Position numbers and translations under genes: made by a program. Below, one piece after another: positions 11,517 to 23,341 of a stretch of DNA of 64,000 nucleotides (the first letter of the stretch is position 1; each line of letters starts with the position of its first letter). The DNA is from Nitrospirota bacterium (lineage in GTDB: Bacteria > Nitrospirota > UBA9217), in contig CAVUHW010000018.1 in assembly GCA_963741205.1 (NCBI GenBank), forward strand, positions 96,001 to 160,000, read 5' to 3'. Below the pieces are notes generated by a model that had not been told where the DNA came from, made no database searches, and worked only from the letters and a program-made list of their open reading frames with translations.

Positions 11517-11631
11517 TGGTTTTCACCTGCGATGTTGCTCAGCGGGTCCGGACCTGCACAAAACGGCTGCCTCGGCCCAAAACACTCGCAGGACAGGCCA
11601 CTTCTTGAAGAGCACGAACAGATTACAAGCC

Positions 11632-13567
<1,936 letters not shown>

Positions 13568-13612
13568 GGACAGTCCCTCCGGATCATGCGATAGAGTATA
13601 GCATATCGCCGC

Positions 13613-14200
13613 CTATTTATACTTCCGCTTCTTTATGATCATCTGGACCGCCCGCCCCCCATCCCGCTTGAGCCAGAACAGGCAGAAGACCGCGGACGCG
13701 ACGACCACGGCAGTCAGGCCTTTTTCTCCCCGCTGGACCATCAGGATCGCCCCGCTGACCAGGAAGATGATGAAGCCGAGAGGGATCAGTATCCTCGAAA
13801 AGACTTCCTTCGTCGGTGAGAGATTTGTGAAACACCTTCGCGCCTCGTCGGTCTTGCCCATCTTTTCATAGAGGCCCCCGAGATTGAACCAGATCATATT
13901 GTTCTGTGGGTCCTGGGAACTCACCCGTTTGTAATAGGCAAGCGACCGTTCCGGGTCGATGTCCTGAAGCTGCATCGCGAGTCGGAACCAGAGCGTGAAC
14001 CGGTTCCCCGCCTTCTCGTAATGCTTTTCCGCTTCGGGCCCCCTCCCTGTCTCTTCCAGGATCACTGCTTTCAGGAATTGCCCGCGATGAAAATCGGGCT
14101 GCGCCGCGATGAGTTCATCTACCGCCCTTTCGGCCTCAGCGTATTCTTTTTTTTCATAGTGCGAAAGCGATTTTTCCAGCGTCTTTGAGATTGATTCCAC
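13613..14200 (-). CDS. TPR protein with two C-terminal TM helices
   Basis: TPR-like helices (WFNLGGLYEKMGKTDEA) followed by two hydrophobic segments. Confidence 0.75.
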   Translation of the reverse strand: MESISKTLEKSLSHYEKKEYAEAERAVDELIAAQPDFHRGQFLKAVILEETGRGPEAEKHYEKAGNRFTLWFRLAMQLQDIDPERSLAYYKRVSSQDPQNNMIWFNLGGLYEKMGKTDEARRCFTNLSPTKEVFSRILIPLGFIIFLVSGAILMVQRGEKGLTAVVVASAVFCLFWLKRDGGRAVQMIIKKRKYK

Positions 14201-14312
14201 GATCCACCTCTGGAGATTTATAATGATCCGTCATGAAGGCTTTCATTGTACCCGAGACGCGGGGCTTTCACAATGCAAAAAGATAAGCTGATCAGGAAGG
14301 ATTCCGGACAAG

Positions 14313-14391
14313 GCCGTTAGAAATTTACCGGGAGCTCATCAATCGACATGACCGGCAATTCGTGCTTCTCGCTCGCGGTATTTCTCACGGC
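14313..14391. repeat. short inverted-repeat element (CCGTTAGA family), degenerate
   Basis: gccgttagaaat ... atttctcacggc, the same terminal motif as 24017-24113. Confidence 0.5.
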
Positions 14392-14486
14392 TCAAGCCGG
14401 AAATAAAATACGCAGACTTCACCTTTTCCCCCGGGACGGCTTATGAGGGAACCGGGAATCAGGCGTAATCCTCAACTACGCGCCCC

Positions 14487-14942
14487 TCATGCGGCCTTGA
14501 GCACGGCCCTGCATTCTTCGCCCTTCGCAAGGAGCGCCGCCGCGATTTCCGCGGAGTCATAGTAATTCCGGAAATGGACGATCTTCCCGTTGCGCAGCGT
14601 GAACACCATGGCAAAGTTGGCCCGGAAGAAGCAGCCCGTCGAGTTAACGCTCCCGCGCATGGTTCCTTCAGCCACGACGCAGTCACCGTCTGCGATGATG
14701 GTCGAATAGGACATCTCGTCCAGGGTAAGCTTGCCCCTGACCTCATTGAAAAAGGCTGACACCTCGCCCTTCCCGTGCCTCGGTTTGGACCAGAAAATTT
14801 CCTTCACCATCGTGCTTGTCGCCGGGGACTGCCAGTCGATGTTCTCATCCAGATAACTCAGGATCGCAGGGAAATCTCTGCGGTTGATCGCCGAATACAG
14901 GTCTTTAACCGTATTGATGTTTTTTCCATAGTCGATTGCCAT
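14487..14942 (-). CDS. SnoaL/NTF2-like protein
   Basis: N....VKDLY.A...D...I.W, HGKGEV..FF and FTLRNGKIVHFRNYYDS. Confidence 0.85.
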   Translation of the reverse strand: MAIDYGKNINTVKDLYSAINRRDFPAILSYLDENIDWQSPATSTMVKEIFWSKPRHGKGEVSAFFNEVRGKLTLDEMSYSTIIADGDCVVAEGTMRGSVNSTGCFFRANFAMVFTLRNGKIVHFRNYYDSAEIAAALLAKGEECRAVLKAA

Positions 14943-15091
14943 ATTATCGCCTCCCCCTTTTCACTCCACAGGGAACGACACGTTTTCGTTTCCTTTTGCT
15001 CTTCCTTCTGATAATTCAATGATATAAAAAGGCGTGTCATTCTGTCAATCAGCAGAAAGTAGTAAAGACGGCTGGATAAAGAAACGGAGGG

Positions 15092-15889
15092 TCATCCTAT
15101 TCGAAAACATCTCATCGAGATCGATCCGTATTGGAACCCTTCATGAACAAACGTGAGGGGTTCATCCCTCTCCTGGAGCGCGACGGCGTAGATCATGGGA
15201 AGATAATGGTCGAGTGTCGGGACCGACAAGAGAGCTGTGGCCCCCATGTTTTGAAAGTGGATCAGGTCCGCGTGGTTTCCGCTCACCAGGTTCGCCTTCA
15301 CCTTCTCATCGAACTCCCCTGCCCAGCCAAAGGTGGGGGCGTCGATGTTTTCAAAATCCAGCATGCCCAGGTTATGGACGATATTGCCGCTTCCGATGAT
15401 CAGGACGCCTTTCCGCCGCAATCCGGAAAGTTCTTTCGCCAGATCGTAGTGGTACTGAAGCGGTTTCGGGCTCCATTCATTGAACGTGTAGGAAAGGCTC
15501 ATCTCGAAAACGGGGATCTCCGCGCCGGGATACATGTGCTTCAGTACCGCCCAGGACGCATGGTCGAGCCCCCATTCGTTGCCGCAGGCGACCCTCGCTT
15601 TTTTTACCGTCTCCGTAACCAGCCGCGCCTCGCCCGGCGCACCCGGACTCGGGTACCGCAGGGCGTAGAGCTCGTCGGGAAATCCGTAGAAGTCGTGGAT
15701 GGTCCTCGGATGCTCCGCACACGTGACGAACGTGCCCTCGGTGAGCCAATGCGCCGACACGACCAGGATGGCCTTCGGTTTCGGAAGTTCCCTCCCCAGC
15801 GAGACAAGGCTTCTCGTGTAGCTGTTGTCCAGGATAATGTTCATCGGTGAGCCGTGCCCGATGAAGAGCACCGGCATTTTCGCATTCAT
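15092..15889 (-). CDS. ygiD: 4,5-DOPA extradiol dioxygenase (LigB family)
   Basis: MPVLFIGHGSPMN, SAHW, HDFYGFP, GLDHASW, GSGNIVHNL and PTLDHYLP. Confidence 0.9.
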   Translation of the reverse strand: MNAKMPVLFIGHGSPMNIILDNSYTRSLVSLGRELPKPKAILVVSAHWLTEGTFVTCAEHPRTIHDFYGFPDELYALRYPSPGAPGEARLVTETVKKARVACGNEWGLDHASWAVLKHMYPGAEIPVFEMSLSYTFNEWSPKPLQYHYDLAKELSGLRRKGVLIIGSGNIVHNLGMLDFENIDAPTFGWAGEFDEKVKANLVSGNHADLIHFQNMGATALLSVPTLDHYLPMIYAVALQERDEPLTFVHEGFQYGSISMRCFRIG

Positions 15890-15914
15890 GGACCCACTCC
15901 CTTTCAGTGCACCG

Positions 15915-16379
15915 TCAGACGGGCCCGCATGACAAGCTCTGTCGTCCGTTCGACGGGGCGCCGAAAAGCTTCATAAAGTCGTCCTTGATATTCCTAATGA
16001 ACTGTTCCCTTCTCTTCCTGTACCAGGACATCTTGGCGTTTACATATATCCGGAAGTTCATAAAGAAAAATATTTCGAAACAGGCGACTGCAATCGCGCC
16101 TTGGATGATCGCATCCTTGTATTTGAGGAGCGCCGGGAAGGTCTGGCCGTCCAGTTTCGTGATGAAGACTACGGCCGCGATGAGAACTGCGAGAATGATC
16201 AGGAATCTTTTGAAAAATTTTTTCTCCAGCATCGTCAGCTCGATCGACTCAAGATAGTCGAACAGGCTGCCGGCCTTTTTTTCGAAGGTTTCCCACTCGC
16301 AGGCTTTGGCGAAATGAACAAGGGCCTTTCTGAACCCCTCTACCTCTTCATTGATCCTGCTATGCCATTCGCGGTCCAT
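15915..16379 (-). CDS. hypothetical membrane protein (2 TM)
   Basis: ORF with RBS-like gggagaggg and two hydrophobic segments. Confidence 0.65.
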   Translation of the reverse strand: MDREWHSRINEEVEGFRKALVHFAKACEWETFEKKAGSLFDYLESIELTMLEKKFFKRFLIILAVLIAAVVFITKLDGQTFPALLKYKDAIIQGAIAVACFEIFFFMNFRIYVNAKMSWYRKRREQFIRNIKDDFMKLFGAPSNGRQSLSCGPV

Positions 16380-16608
16380 AGTCCCTCTCCCGCTGTTCGA
16401 GCCTAATAAAATTATATCACTCCGGGCCTTGCTTGACACTAGGACGACCGCATGATACTGTATCACCCGCGGCCTTGCGCATGCCCTCTAAAATGACCGG
16501 CGAGGAACGCAATTTAAGTACCAGGATTCAGGCCCGGTATCATCTGCGGAATCAGGGCAATCTGCGGATACTACCTTGCCTGAACAGTTACCACTTTTCA
16601 CGATCGCA

Positions 16609-17493
16609 ATGGCGCCCATTATCGAGATTAAAAACCTGGTCAAGACCTATCCCGGCGTCCGGGCCGTCGACCACGTCAGCCTCACCATCGAACAGGGAAT
16701 CTGTTTCGGCCTGCTCGGCCCGAACGGCGCAGGTAAGACCACGCTCATCGAGATCGTCGAAGGCGTCCAGCAGCCTGACTCCGGTGTCACGCTGTATAAG
16801 GGCGCGCCCGCTGGAGACCGCTTCAGGAAGGAGGCGGGCATCCAGTTCCAGGTCACCTCGCTCCAGGAATTCCTGACCGTGCGCGAGACCCTCCGGCTCT
16901 TCAAAAGTCTGTATCCCCGGTCCATGGACATGAACGAAGTCATCCGGCTCTGCAGCCTCGAAGAGTTCCAGGACCGAGACACGCGCAAACTTTCCGGAGG
17001 ACAAAGGCAGCGGCTCCTCATGGCACTGGCCCTCATCAACGACCCCGAGGTCCTTTTCCTCGACGAGCCGACAACCGGCCTCGATCCGCAGTCGCGACGT
17101 AACTTCTGGGACCTCATTTCCCTGATCCGCTCCCGCGGCAAGACCGTCGTCCTGACCACCCACTACATGGACGAGGCCTACACGCTCTGTGACGAAATCG
17201 CGATTATGGACCGCGGGAAGATCATTTCCCAGGGGACTCCCGAACATCTCTTGAAAGCGCATTTTGGCGACGTGGTTCTGCAGTTCCCGGAAGAGGACGT
17301 CAACAGAAAGCTGGACGGGTTAAGGCTCTGCACGTCGAAGCAGCCGGGCTGGTGCGAAATACAGACGCACGACGTGGAAGGGACCATCAGAACGCTCCTG
17401 GATCGTGGTGTATCGCTCAACCGGATGAATATGCGCTCCTGGAGCCTGGAGGACCTGTTCATCGCGCTCACCGGGAAGGATTTGAGAAGCTGA
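16609..17493 (+). CDS. ABC-2 exporter ATP-binding protein
   Basis: GPNGAGKTT, LSGGQRQR, FLDEPTTGLD and TTHYM. Confidence 0.95.
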   Translation: MAPIIEIKNLVKTYPGVRAVDHVSLTIEQGICFGLLGPNGAGKTTLIEIVEGVQQPDSGVTLYKGAPAGDRFRKEAGIQFQVTSLQEFLTVRETLRLFKSLYPRSMDMNEVIRLCSLEEFQDRDTRKLSGGQRQRLLMALALINDPEVLFLDEPTTGLDPQSRRNFWDLISLIRSRGKTVVLTTHYMDEAYTLCDEIAIMDRGKIISQGTPEHLLKAHFGDVVLQFPEEDVNRKLDGLRLCTSKQPGWCEIQTHDVEGTIRTLLDRGVSLNRMNMRSWSLEDLFIALTGKDLRS

Positions 17494-17607
17494 TAGGAAT
17501 GCGGATTGGAACACCTGGTCCGTCATTCCCGCGAAAGCGGTGAATCCAGATTTTACCCCGTGTCCATCCGTGTTCATCTGTGGTTATAAATCGTTTTGGG
17601 GTTTATC

Positions 17608-18615
17608 ATGAAAAAATTTCTCGCCATCCTCCACGCCCGCAACATGGAATTCATCCGGGACAAATCGGCGCTCGGCTGGAACGTGTTGTTCCCGCTCTTC
17701 CTCGTTCTCGGCTTCGCCGCCCTGTTTTCCGGGGAGCCGAAGCCGATGTTCAAGGTCGGCGTCCTGGGCGACGTGGCGGCCCTCGGGCAGACGGACAGGG
17801 AATTTTTCAGCACGAAGTATGTGCAGTTCATCCCGGTAGACGATCTTGAAAAGGCGCTCGACAAAGTGGAACATTTCCAGCTCGACATGCTCGTTGACGC
17901 GCGTGCGCGCATGCGCTACTGGATCAACGAGAACGCGCCGAACGGCTACCTGCTGGAGCGGATCTTGAAGGGCGCGGGCGGCCCGGGCTATCAGCGTCTT
18001 ACGGTCAGCGGCCGCGAGATCCGCTACGTCGACTGGGTCGTGCCCGGCATCCTCGCCATGAACATGATGTTTTCCTGTCTCTTCGGTGTCGGGTCCGTGA
18101 TCGTCCGGTACCGGAAGAACGGGTTCCTCAAGCGCCTCAAGGCCACGCCCCTGACCCCCTTCGAGTTTCTGACCGCGCAGATGACCTCGCGCCTCATCCT
18201 GATCCAGACCATCACGATCGCCGTGTACGCCGGCTGCAATTACTTCATCCATTTCCAGATGCGCGGCTCCTACGCCAACTTGTTCCTGGTCTCGCTCCTG
18301 GGCGCCGTGTGCCTGATCTCCCTCGGCCTTCTCATCGCGTCCCGCCTTTCGAGCGAAGAGCTGGCGGCAGGCCTCCTGAACCTCCTCACCTGGCCCATGA
18401 TGCTGCTCTCCGGCGTCTGGTTCTCCCTCGAAGGAACCAACCCCGCGGTCAGGAAAATCGCGCAGTTCCTTCCGCTCACCCCCCTCGTCGACGCGGCCCG
18501 CGCCGTCATGACCGAAGGGGCCGGCCTCGCCGACATCGCGCCGCAGCTTCTGGTCCTCGCCGTCATGAGCGCCGTCTTCCTTTCCATCGGTTCGCTGATC
18601 TTCAAGTGGGAATAG
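17608..18615 (+). CDS. ABC-2 exporter permease
   Basis: Multiple TM helices, YVDWVVPGILAM and LKRLKATPL; follows the ATPase. Confidence 0.9.
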   Translation: MKKFLAILHARNMEFIRDKSALGWNVLFPLFLVLGFAALFSGEPKPMFKVGVLGDVAALGQTDREFFSTKYVQFIPVDDLEKALDKVEHFQLDMLVDARARMRYWINENAPNGYLLERILKGAGGPGYQRLTVSGREIRYVDWVVPGILAMNMMFSCLFGVGSVIVRYRKNGFLKRLKATPLTPFEFLTAQMTSRLILIQTITIAVYAGCNYFIHFQMRGSYANLFLVSLLGAVCLISLGLLIASRLSSEELAAGLLNLLTWPMMLLSGVWFSLEGTNPAVRKIAQFLPLTPLVDAARAVMTEGAGLADIAPQLLVLAVMSAVFLSIGSLIFKWE

Positions 18616-18746
18616 TCATAGAAGCAGGGACCAGGCTCCTCATCCTCAACGGCCGTGGAGTTATGAATATGCTAAATCTTGCGTTGAAATTAGCGGGAAT
18701 TGATGTATTATAGAGGAGTAATCACCTCCTCAAGCAGGGAGTTTCG

Positions 18747-20715
18747 ATGGATGCGGACGTACAGCTCAAACTAATCCTCAAGCGCATATCGCTGTGGAGT
18801 TTTCTTACCGCGGCCGGCATCGGCGCCGTCTCGCTGGTGGGACGGTTTTCCGGCTTGCAGATCATCCCGAGCATAGGCCCGGATCATATCCCCATCGCCC
18901 CAAGCACCGCCTGGTGTTTCATCATACTCAGCGTTTCAGCGCTCCTCACTGTGCTGCGTCCGGATAACGCAGCCGCGCGCGTGAGCGCTGCAATCGGAGC
19001 AGGTGTAATTTTTTTGGGATGCCTTGCCATCCTTATTGCTTTTGTCCTGGGAACAGCCATTGAAGGCGAATATCCGTGGATCCAGGCGCCCCTCTCGCTT
19101 TCTCACGTTCCGTTTGGCCTTATGTCTCCGATCACTGCGGCAACCTTTCTGGCGGCGGCATCAGGTGTCCTGTTTTTAGCCTTTTCCCGCGAAGAAAGAC
19201 GGCGGCTGAAACATGCCTCGGCCTTTGCGGCAGCGGCCGTGGCTTCGATCGGCTTTATCATCATTCTCGGTTATATGCACGGCACGTCCATCCTCTCCGG
19301 CGGAAATATTAACCCGGTGGCCCTTCCCGCTGCAATTGCCTTTGTCCTGATCGGCCTGGGGCTGACGACTGCGTCAGGCCCTTCCATCCTGCCGGTCAGA
19401 ATTTTTACGGGGCCAGCGGTTCAAAGCCGGTTAATGAGGGCATTTTTCCCGACGATCGTCGCTTTTATCCTGATTGGCGGCTTAGCGATTGAAACTACCC
19501 TTCTGCGGGCCAGCAATCCCTCACTGATTGCGGCGTTGGTTGAGTTCCTCTCCATCCTGGTCAGTGTCATCATGATAGCAAAAATTGCGAAGTCGACCGG
19601 AAATCGATTAGACCGCGCGCTTGCTGAAAACCGGCTCCTCGCGTCGATCGTCCAAAATATTCCGGATGCCATATGCGCCGTCGACATGAACTTCATAACG
19701 GTAGCGTGGAACAGGGGCGCCGAAAAGATGCTTGGGTATGCGGCCGAGGAAATCATCGGGAAGCCCATAGCGACAATTATTCCTGAAGACATCATACAGC
19801 ACGAACTCGAACATTGTCAGGTCCTCCTGAACAGTCAAGGCGCCTTTTCCGGCTATGAATCGGTCCGCACTGACAAAAGACGGCAGAAGGGTCCCCGTGG
19901 AGCTGACCGCGGTGGCGATCAGGGACAATACGCAGACGATACGAAACTTTGCTTCCATCATGACAGACCTCACGAACCGGAAAAAGGCCGAGGAGGAACG
20001 CCTGAAAGGTCACATGCTGGAGTCGATCGGCATTCTCGCGGGCGGCATTGCGCACGATTTCAACAACATGCTCAGCGTCATTCTCGGCAATGTCCAGATT
20101 GCAAAACTGTCGGAGCCCATTTGCGCCAAGGCAATCGGCCGGCTTGACGATGCGGAAGAAATTTGCGCCATGGCCGCTGAACTCAGCAACCGTCTCCTGA
20201 CCTTTGCCACGGGCGGAGATCCCTTGAAGAAGACCATGTCGCTGTCAGGGTTGCTCGCGGGTAGGATCAACATGATGCTCAAAGGGTCGACTATTTCGTC
20301 GGAATTCCATCTCCCCGACGATCTCTATCTCGTTGCGATCGATGAGGGGCAGATGAACCAGGTCATCAGTAATCTGGTCACGAACGCAAAAGAGGCAATG
20401 CCGAAGGGAGGAACTCTTACTGTTCGCGGAGAGAATCTCTCCATTTCCGCTGAGGACATGCTGCCGATCCGGGAAGGCAGCTATTTGAAGATCTCGATCC
20501 GCGACACGGGCATTGGCCTGCCCGCGGAAAATCTGGCGAAAATCTTCGACCCCTATTTTACGACCAAAGACACGTATAACCAGAAAGGCCTGGGGCTCGG
20601 CCTCGCGGTCTGTTATTCCGTCATCAAACGGCACGGCGGTCTTATCACCGCAGCATCAGAGGTCGGCAAAGGTACGACCTTTGATATTTACCTTCCCGCA
20701 GTCGGGATGAAATAA
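18747..20715 (+). CDS. multi-TM PAS sensor histidine kinase (frameshift near 19860)
   Basis: Hydrophobic N-terminus, PAS (WNRGAEKMLGY), H-box GGIAHDFNNML, N-box NLVTNA, DTGIG, IFDPYFTTK and GLGL. Confidence 0.9.
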
Positions 20716-20774
20716 ACCGCCTTAATACTCCTCCGATTTTTCCACCACAGGGAACGCCCCCTACGCGCCCCTTG

Positions 20775-21707
20775 TCACGCGTGCCCTACCCCCGCATTCA
20801 ACTCTGCCCTCACGTCCTTCTCTTCCAGCAGCCGCCTGTTGATGTCGATTGCTGCCACCGCGCCTTCTCCGGCCGCGATGACGACCTGGTCCTGTCCCGT
20901 ATTGAGCGGGCCGACGATATAGAGGCCTCTGAGGGACGACTCATAGGCATTGTTCACGACGTACTTGAATCCAGCCGCGTCCTTTTTCAGGTTGAGTCCT
21001 GCGAGAAAATCATCGTTCAGCTTGACGCCGAACGAGGCCATGATCGCCTCGCACGGAACCTTTTCTCCGTTCATCAGTTCCAGGCCTTCCAGCTCTGTCT
21101 CGCCGATGACGCTCACGGGCTCGACCGACACCACCTTGATGGCTTCCTCGGCCAGAACTTCCTCTGCGGAGTCCGGCAGGCTGAAACGGTACGGGATGTA
21201 GGTAATGTCCCTCGTGAACATCTGCTTCATGGCAAGCGCAATGTTCACCGATTGAAGGACGTCCCCCATGACCACGATTTTCCTGTTCGTTGTCTTATAC
21301 CCGTCGCAATCGACGCACGTATAGTAGCCGGCGCCCAGGAACCGCACCGCGTTCCTGATGGGCGGGATGATATCGTACACCCCCGATGAGACGATGACGT
21401 AGCGCGCATGATACGATGCGCTCGGCGTCGATACGGCAAAGAGGCCGTCCTTCCGCACCGCGGTCACGAGTTTCCGCTCGACCCGCACGTTGAAGCTTTT
21501 TACCTGCTCCATTCCCCGTTCGATGATCTCGCTCCCCGCTATTTCCTTATGGGTAAGGACATTTTCGATGTGCCGGGAGTGCCACGTCCTCCCCCCGCTG
21601 CGGTCGAGGAGGAGCACGTCTCTATTGTACCTGCCCAGGTAAATTGCGGCCTGCAGCCCGCCGGGACCGGCGCCGATGATGATGCAGTCGAATACATGGT
21701 CGTTCAT
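20775..21707 (-). CDS. thioredoxin-reductase-like FAD-dependent oxidoreductase
   Basis: IIGAGPGGLQAA, redox-type CVDC motif, C-terminal QVVIAAGEG. Confidence 0.85.
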   Translation of the reverse strand: MNDHVFDCIIIGAGPGGLQAAIYLGRYNRDVLLLDRSGGRTWHSRHIENVLTHKEIAGSEIIERGMEQVKSFNVRVERKLVTAVRKDGLFAVSTPSASYHARYVIVSSGVYDIIPPIRNAVRFLGAGYYTCVDCDGYKTTNRKIVVMGDVLQSVNIALAMKQMFTRDITYIPYRFSLPDSAEEVLAEEAIKVVSVEPVSVIGETELEGLELMNGEKVPCEAIMASFGVKLNDDFLAGLNLKKDAAGFKYVVNNAYESSLRGLYIVGPLNTGQDQVVIAAGEGAVAAIDINRRLLEEKDVRAELNAGVGHA

Positions 21708-21724
21708 AGGCCCCCCCTTACGGG

Positions 21725-22171
21725 TCATAGTTTCTGATAAGCCGCTGTGGATAACCTTTCCATCAGAGGCATGCGGCATTCCCTCCCGCTCCTCGTCGCT
21801 CTCGCGGAGCGCTGGGTCCTTCCCCGCGCGAAGCCGTAACGGGTGAAGTAGCTCACATTGCGCGTCGCATAGACCCTCCTCAAGGGTTCATACGTCATCA
21901 GGTGCTTCACGATTGTCGATCCTATCCCTTTGCGCCTGCTGTCTTCAAAAATGGAAACGCATCCCGCATCATTATCCTTCTTCAGGATGCCGAACCCGAT
22001 GATCCGCTCTTCTTCGGTTGCAATAACAAGGTCGGAATTGCCGAGGTCATCGGCGTTGCCGTGATCCTTGAAGTACTCCTCGACCCTCACCCGGTCCGTA
22101 TCGGTTGCGTGCCGGATGACGACCATTTTATCCGTAATGCTCGATATGCCTGTTTTCTGTGGATCCGACAT
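21725..22171 (-). CDS. GNAT-family acetyltransferase-like protein
   Basis: IRHAT..D, RRKGIGSTIV (acetyl-CoA motif A) and YFTRYGF. Confidence 0.75.
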   Translation of the reverse strand: MSDPQKTGISSITDKMVVIRHATDTDRVRVEEYFKDHGNADDLGNSDLVIATEEERIIGFGILKKDNDAGCVSIFEDSRRKGIGSTIVKHLMTYEPLRRVYATRNVSYFTRYGFARGRTQRSARATRSGRECRMPLMERLSTAAYQKL

Positions 22172-22218
22172 TTTTCTTCCCTCCTCTCGGGCTGAACGCC
22201 GTTTAGCGCCCCTTTTAT

Positions 22219-22269
22219 AAAGAAAAAGCCGGGTTGCCGTTGCTCTTCCCTTTCCTTCGGCAGCCCGGC
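22219..22269 (-). terminator. intrinsic terminator (riboswitch expression platform)
   Basis: Minus strand GCCGGGCUGCCG...CGGCAACCCGGC-UUUUUCUUU. The 5' arm is the 3' end of the aptamer. Confidence 0.8.
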
Positions 22270-22346
22270 TGTCTTACCCCTCGGATAGATAGTATGAAGA
22301 CCCCCTGAATTTCCGCCCTTCCCGTACGGGGAACAGCTTTATCGGG
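22256..22346 (-). ncRNA. c-di-GMP-I (GEMM)-type riboswitch, variant
   Basis: GAUAAAGCUG-UUCCC/GGGAA hairpin-GGGCGGAAA...GUCUU/AAGAC-AGCCGGGCUGCCG. The order of elements matches the GEMM-I architecture. Confidence 0.75.
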
Positions 22347-22369
22347 ACAGTTTCTATCCTCTTTAAATA

Positions 22370-22399
22370 ACTATAGCACCGCCTTCCGTTGGCTGTCAA
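22370..22399 (-). promoter_or_regulatory. sigma70-type promoter for the riboswitch leader
   Basis: TTGACA-N18-TATAGT with a TG extended -10, about 25 nt upstream of the aptamer. Confidence 0.7.
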
Positions 22400-22501
22400 G
22401 AAAGCGCGCTCCGGGTGTCAATTCGCTGAGAACATGTCCGGAAGATCGATACGGGTATGACGTTAAAGGAGGAAGAGGAAGAGATAGGGGGGGCTCTGAA
22501 A

Positions 22502-23209
22502 TTATGGAGTTGCCGGTTCCGAGAGGGAAGAATGCTCCTTTGCCGCCACAAAATTTTCGATTGCCGCTTTGGCGTCCGGCGTCAGTTTTTCAAACCTGAC
22601 GCCGTGCCGCTTGACGCCGGCTTTCTGCGCGTTATGAATCGACCTGATGATCTCACCGGCCACAACGATCTGTTTGGATTCGGGGAGGAAAAACGAGCAC
22701 GTGACCCGGTCCCCTTCCTTGAGGTCCCGGTCCGTCTCAACCAGCAGGCCCGTCGTGCTGATGTTCTCTGACTTGCAGAAAAAGGCCTTATCCTTAGCGG
22801 TGCCGGCGATATTGATGCTCAGGAGAACGCGATACGACGCCCGCCATAATATGCCAAGGAGGCTCCGCGCCTTCTCCAGAAGAAGGGCGGCATCGACCGG
22901 CAGTGTCATGACGGCGTGCGCATGACATTGTTCCGCGCGTTCCTTGTCGCCCTGCGCCCCGTCACAGAGCATGATGAGGGACACTCTGCGCAATTCCCGA
23001 TCATTGCTGATGACGGCGAAAAGCTCTTCGGTCTTCATGCCGGGCATGTTGAGTTGCGAGATGATGAGGTTTACTTTTTCGGCCCGGTGAACGGCCAGTA
23101 TGTCATCGTTCGTTGTCGCGCTGAACATTTTGACATCGGCCCGGCTCAAAAAGCTGTTTTGCTTTACCAGGAGAGGTTTTAAGACGTCTGGGACAAGGAT
23201 CTTTTTCAT
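22502..23209 (-). CDS. atypical receiver domain fused to a PilZ domain
   Basis: REC-like LIISQLNMPG (Asp replaced by Gln). PilZ RxxxR (RASYR) and NxSxxG (NISTTG). Confidence 0.85.
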   Translation of the reverse strand: MKKILVPDVLKPLLVKQNSFLSRADVKMFSATTNDDILAVHRAEKVNLIISQLNMPGMKTEELFAVISNDRELRRVSLIMLCDGAQGDKERAEQCHAHAVMTLPVDAALLLEKARSLLGILWRASYRVLLSINIAGTAKDKAFFCKSENISTTGLLVETDRDLKEGDRVTCSFFLPESKQIVVAGEIIRSIHNAQKAGVKRHGVRFEKLTPDAKAAIENFVAAKEHSSLSEPATP

Positions 23210-23341
23210 GAGCTCACCCCGTTCACGGCGCTGGACAAGCGATCTTATGCTGAAAGCATACGTATTATATCGATATGATTCTTAAGATCAAGACATTTTT
23301 TTGTCCGCAAGAAGCATCCCGATGCGGCGGGGGGAGCCCGG

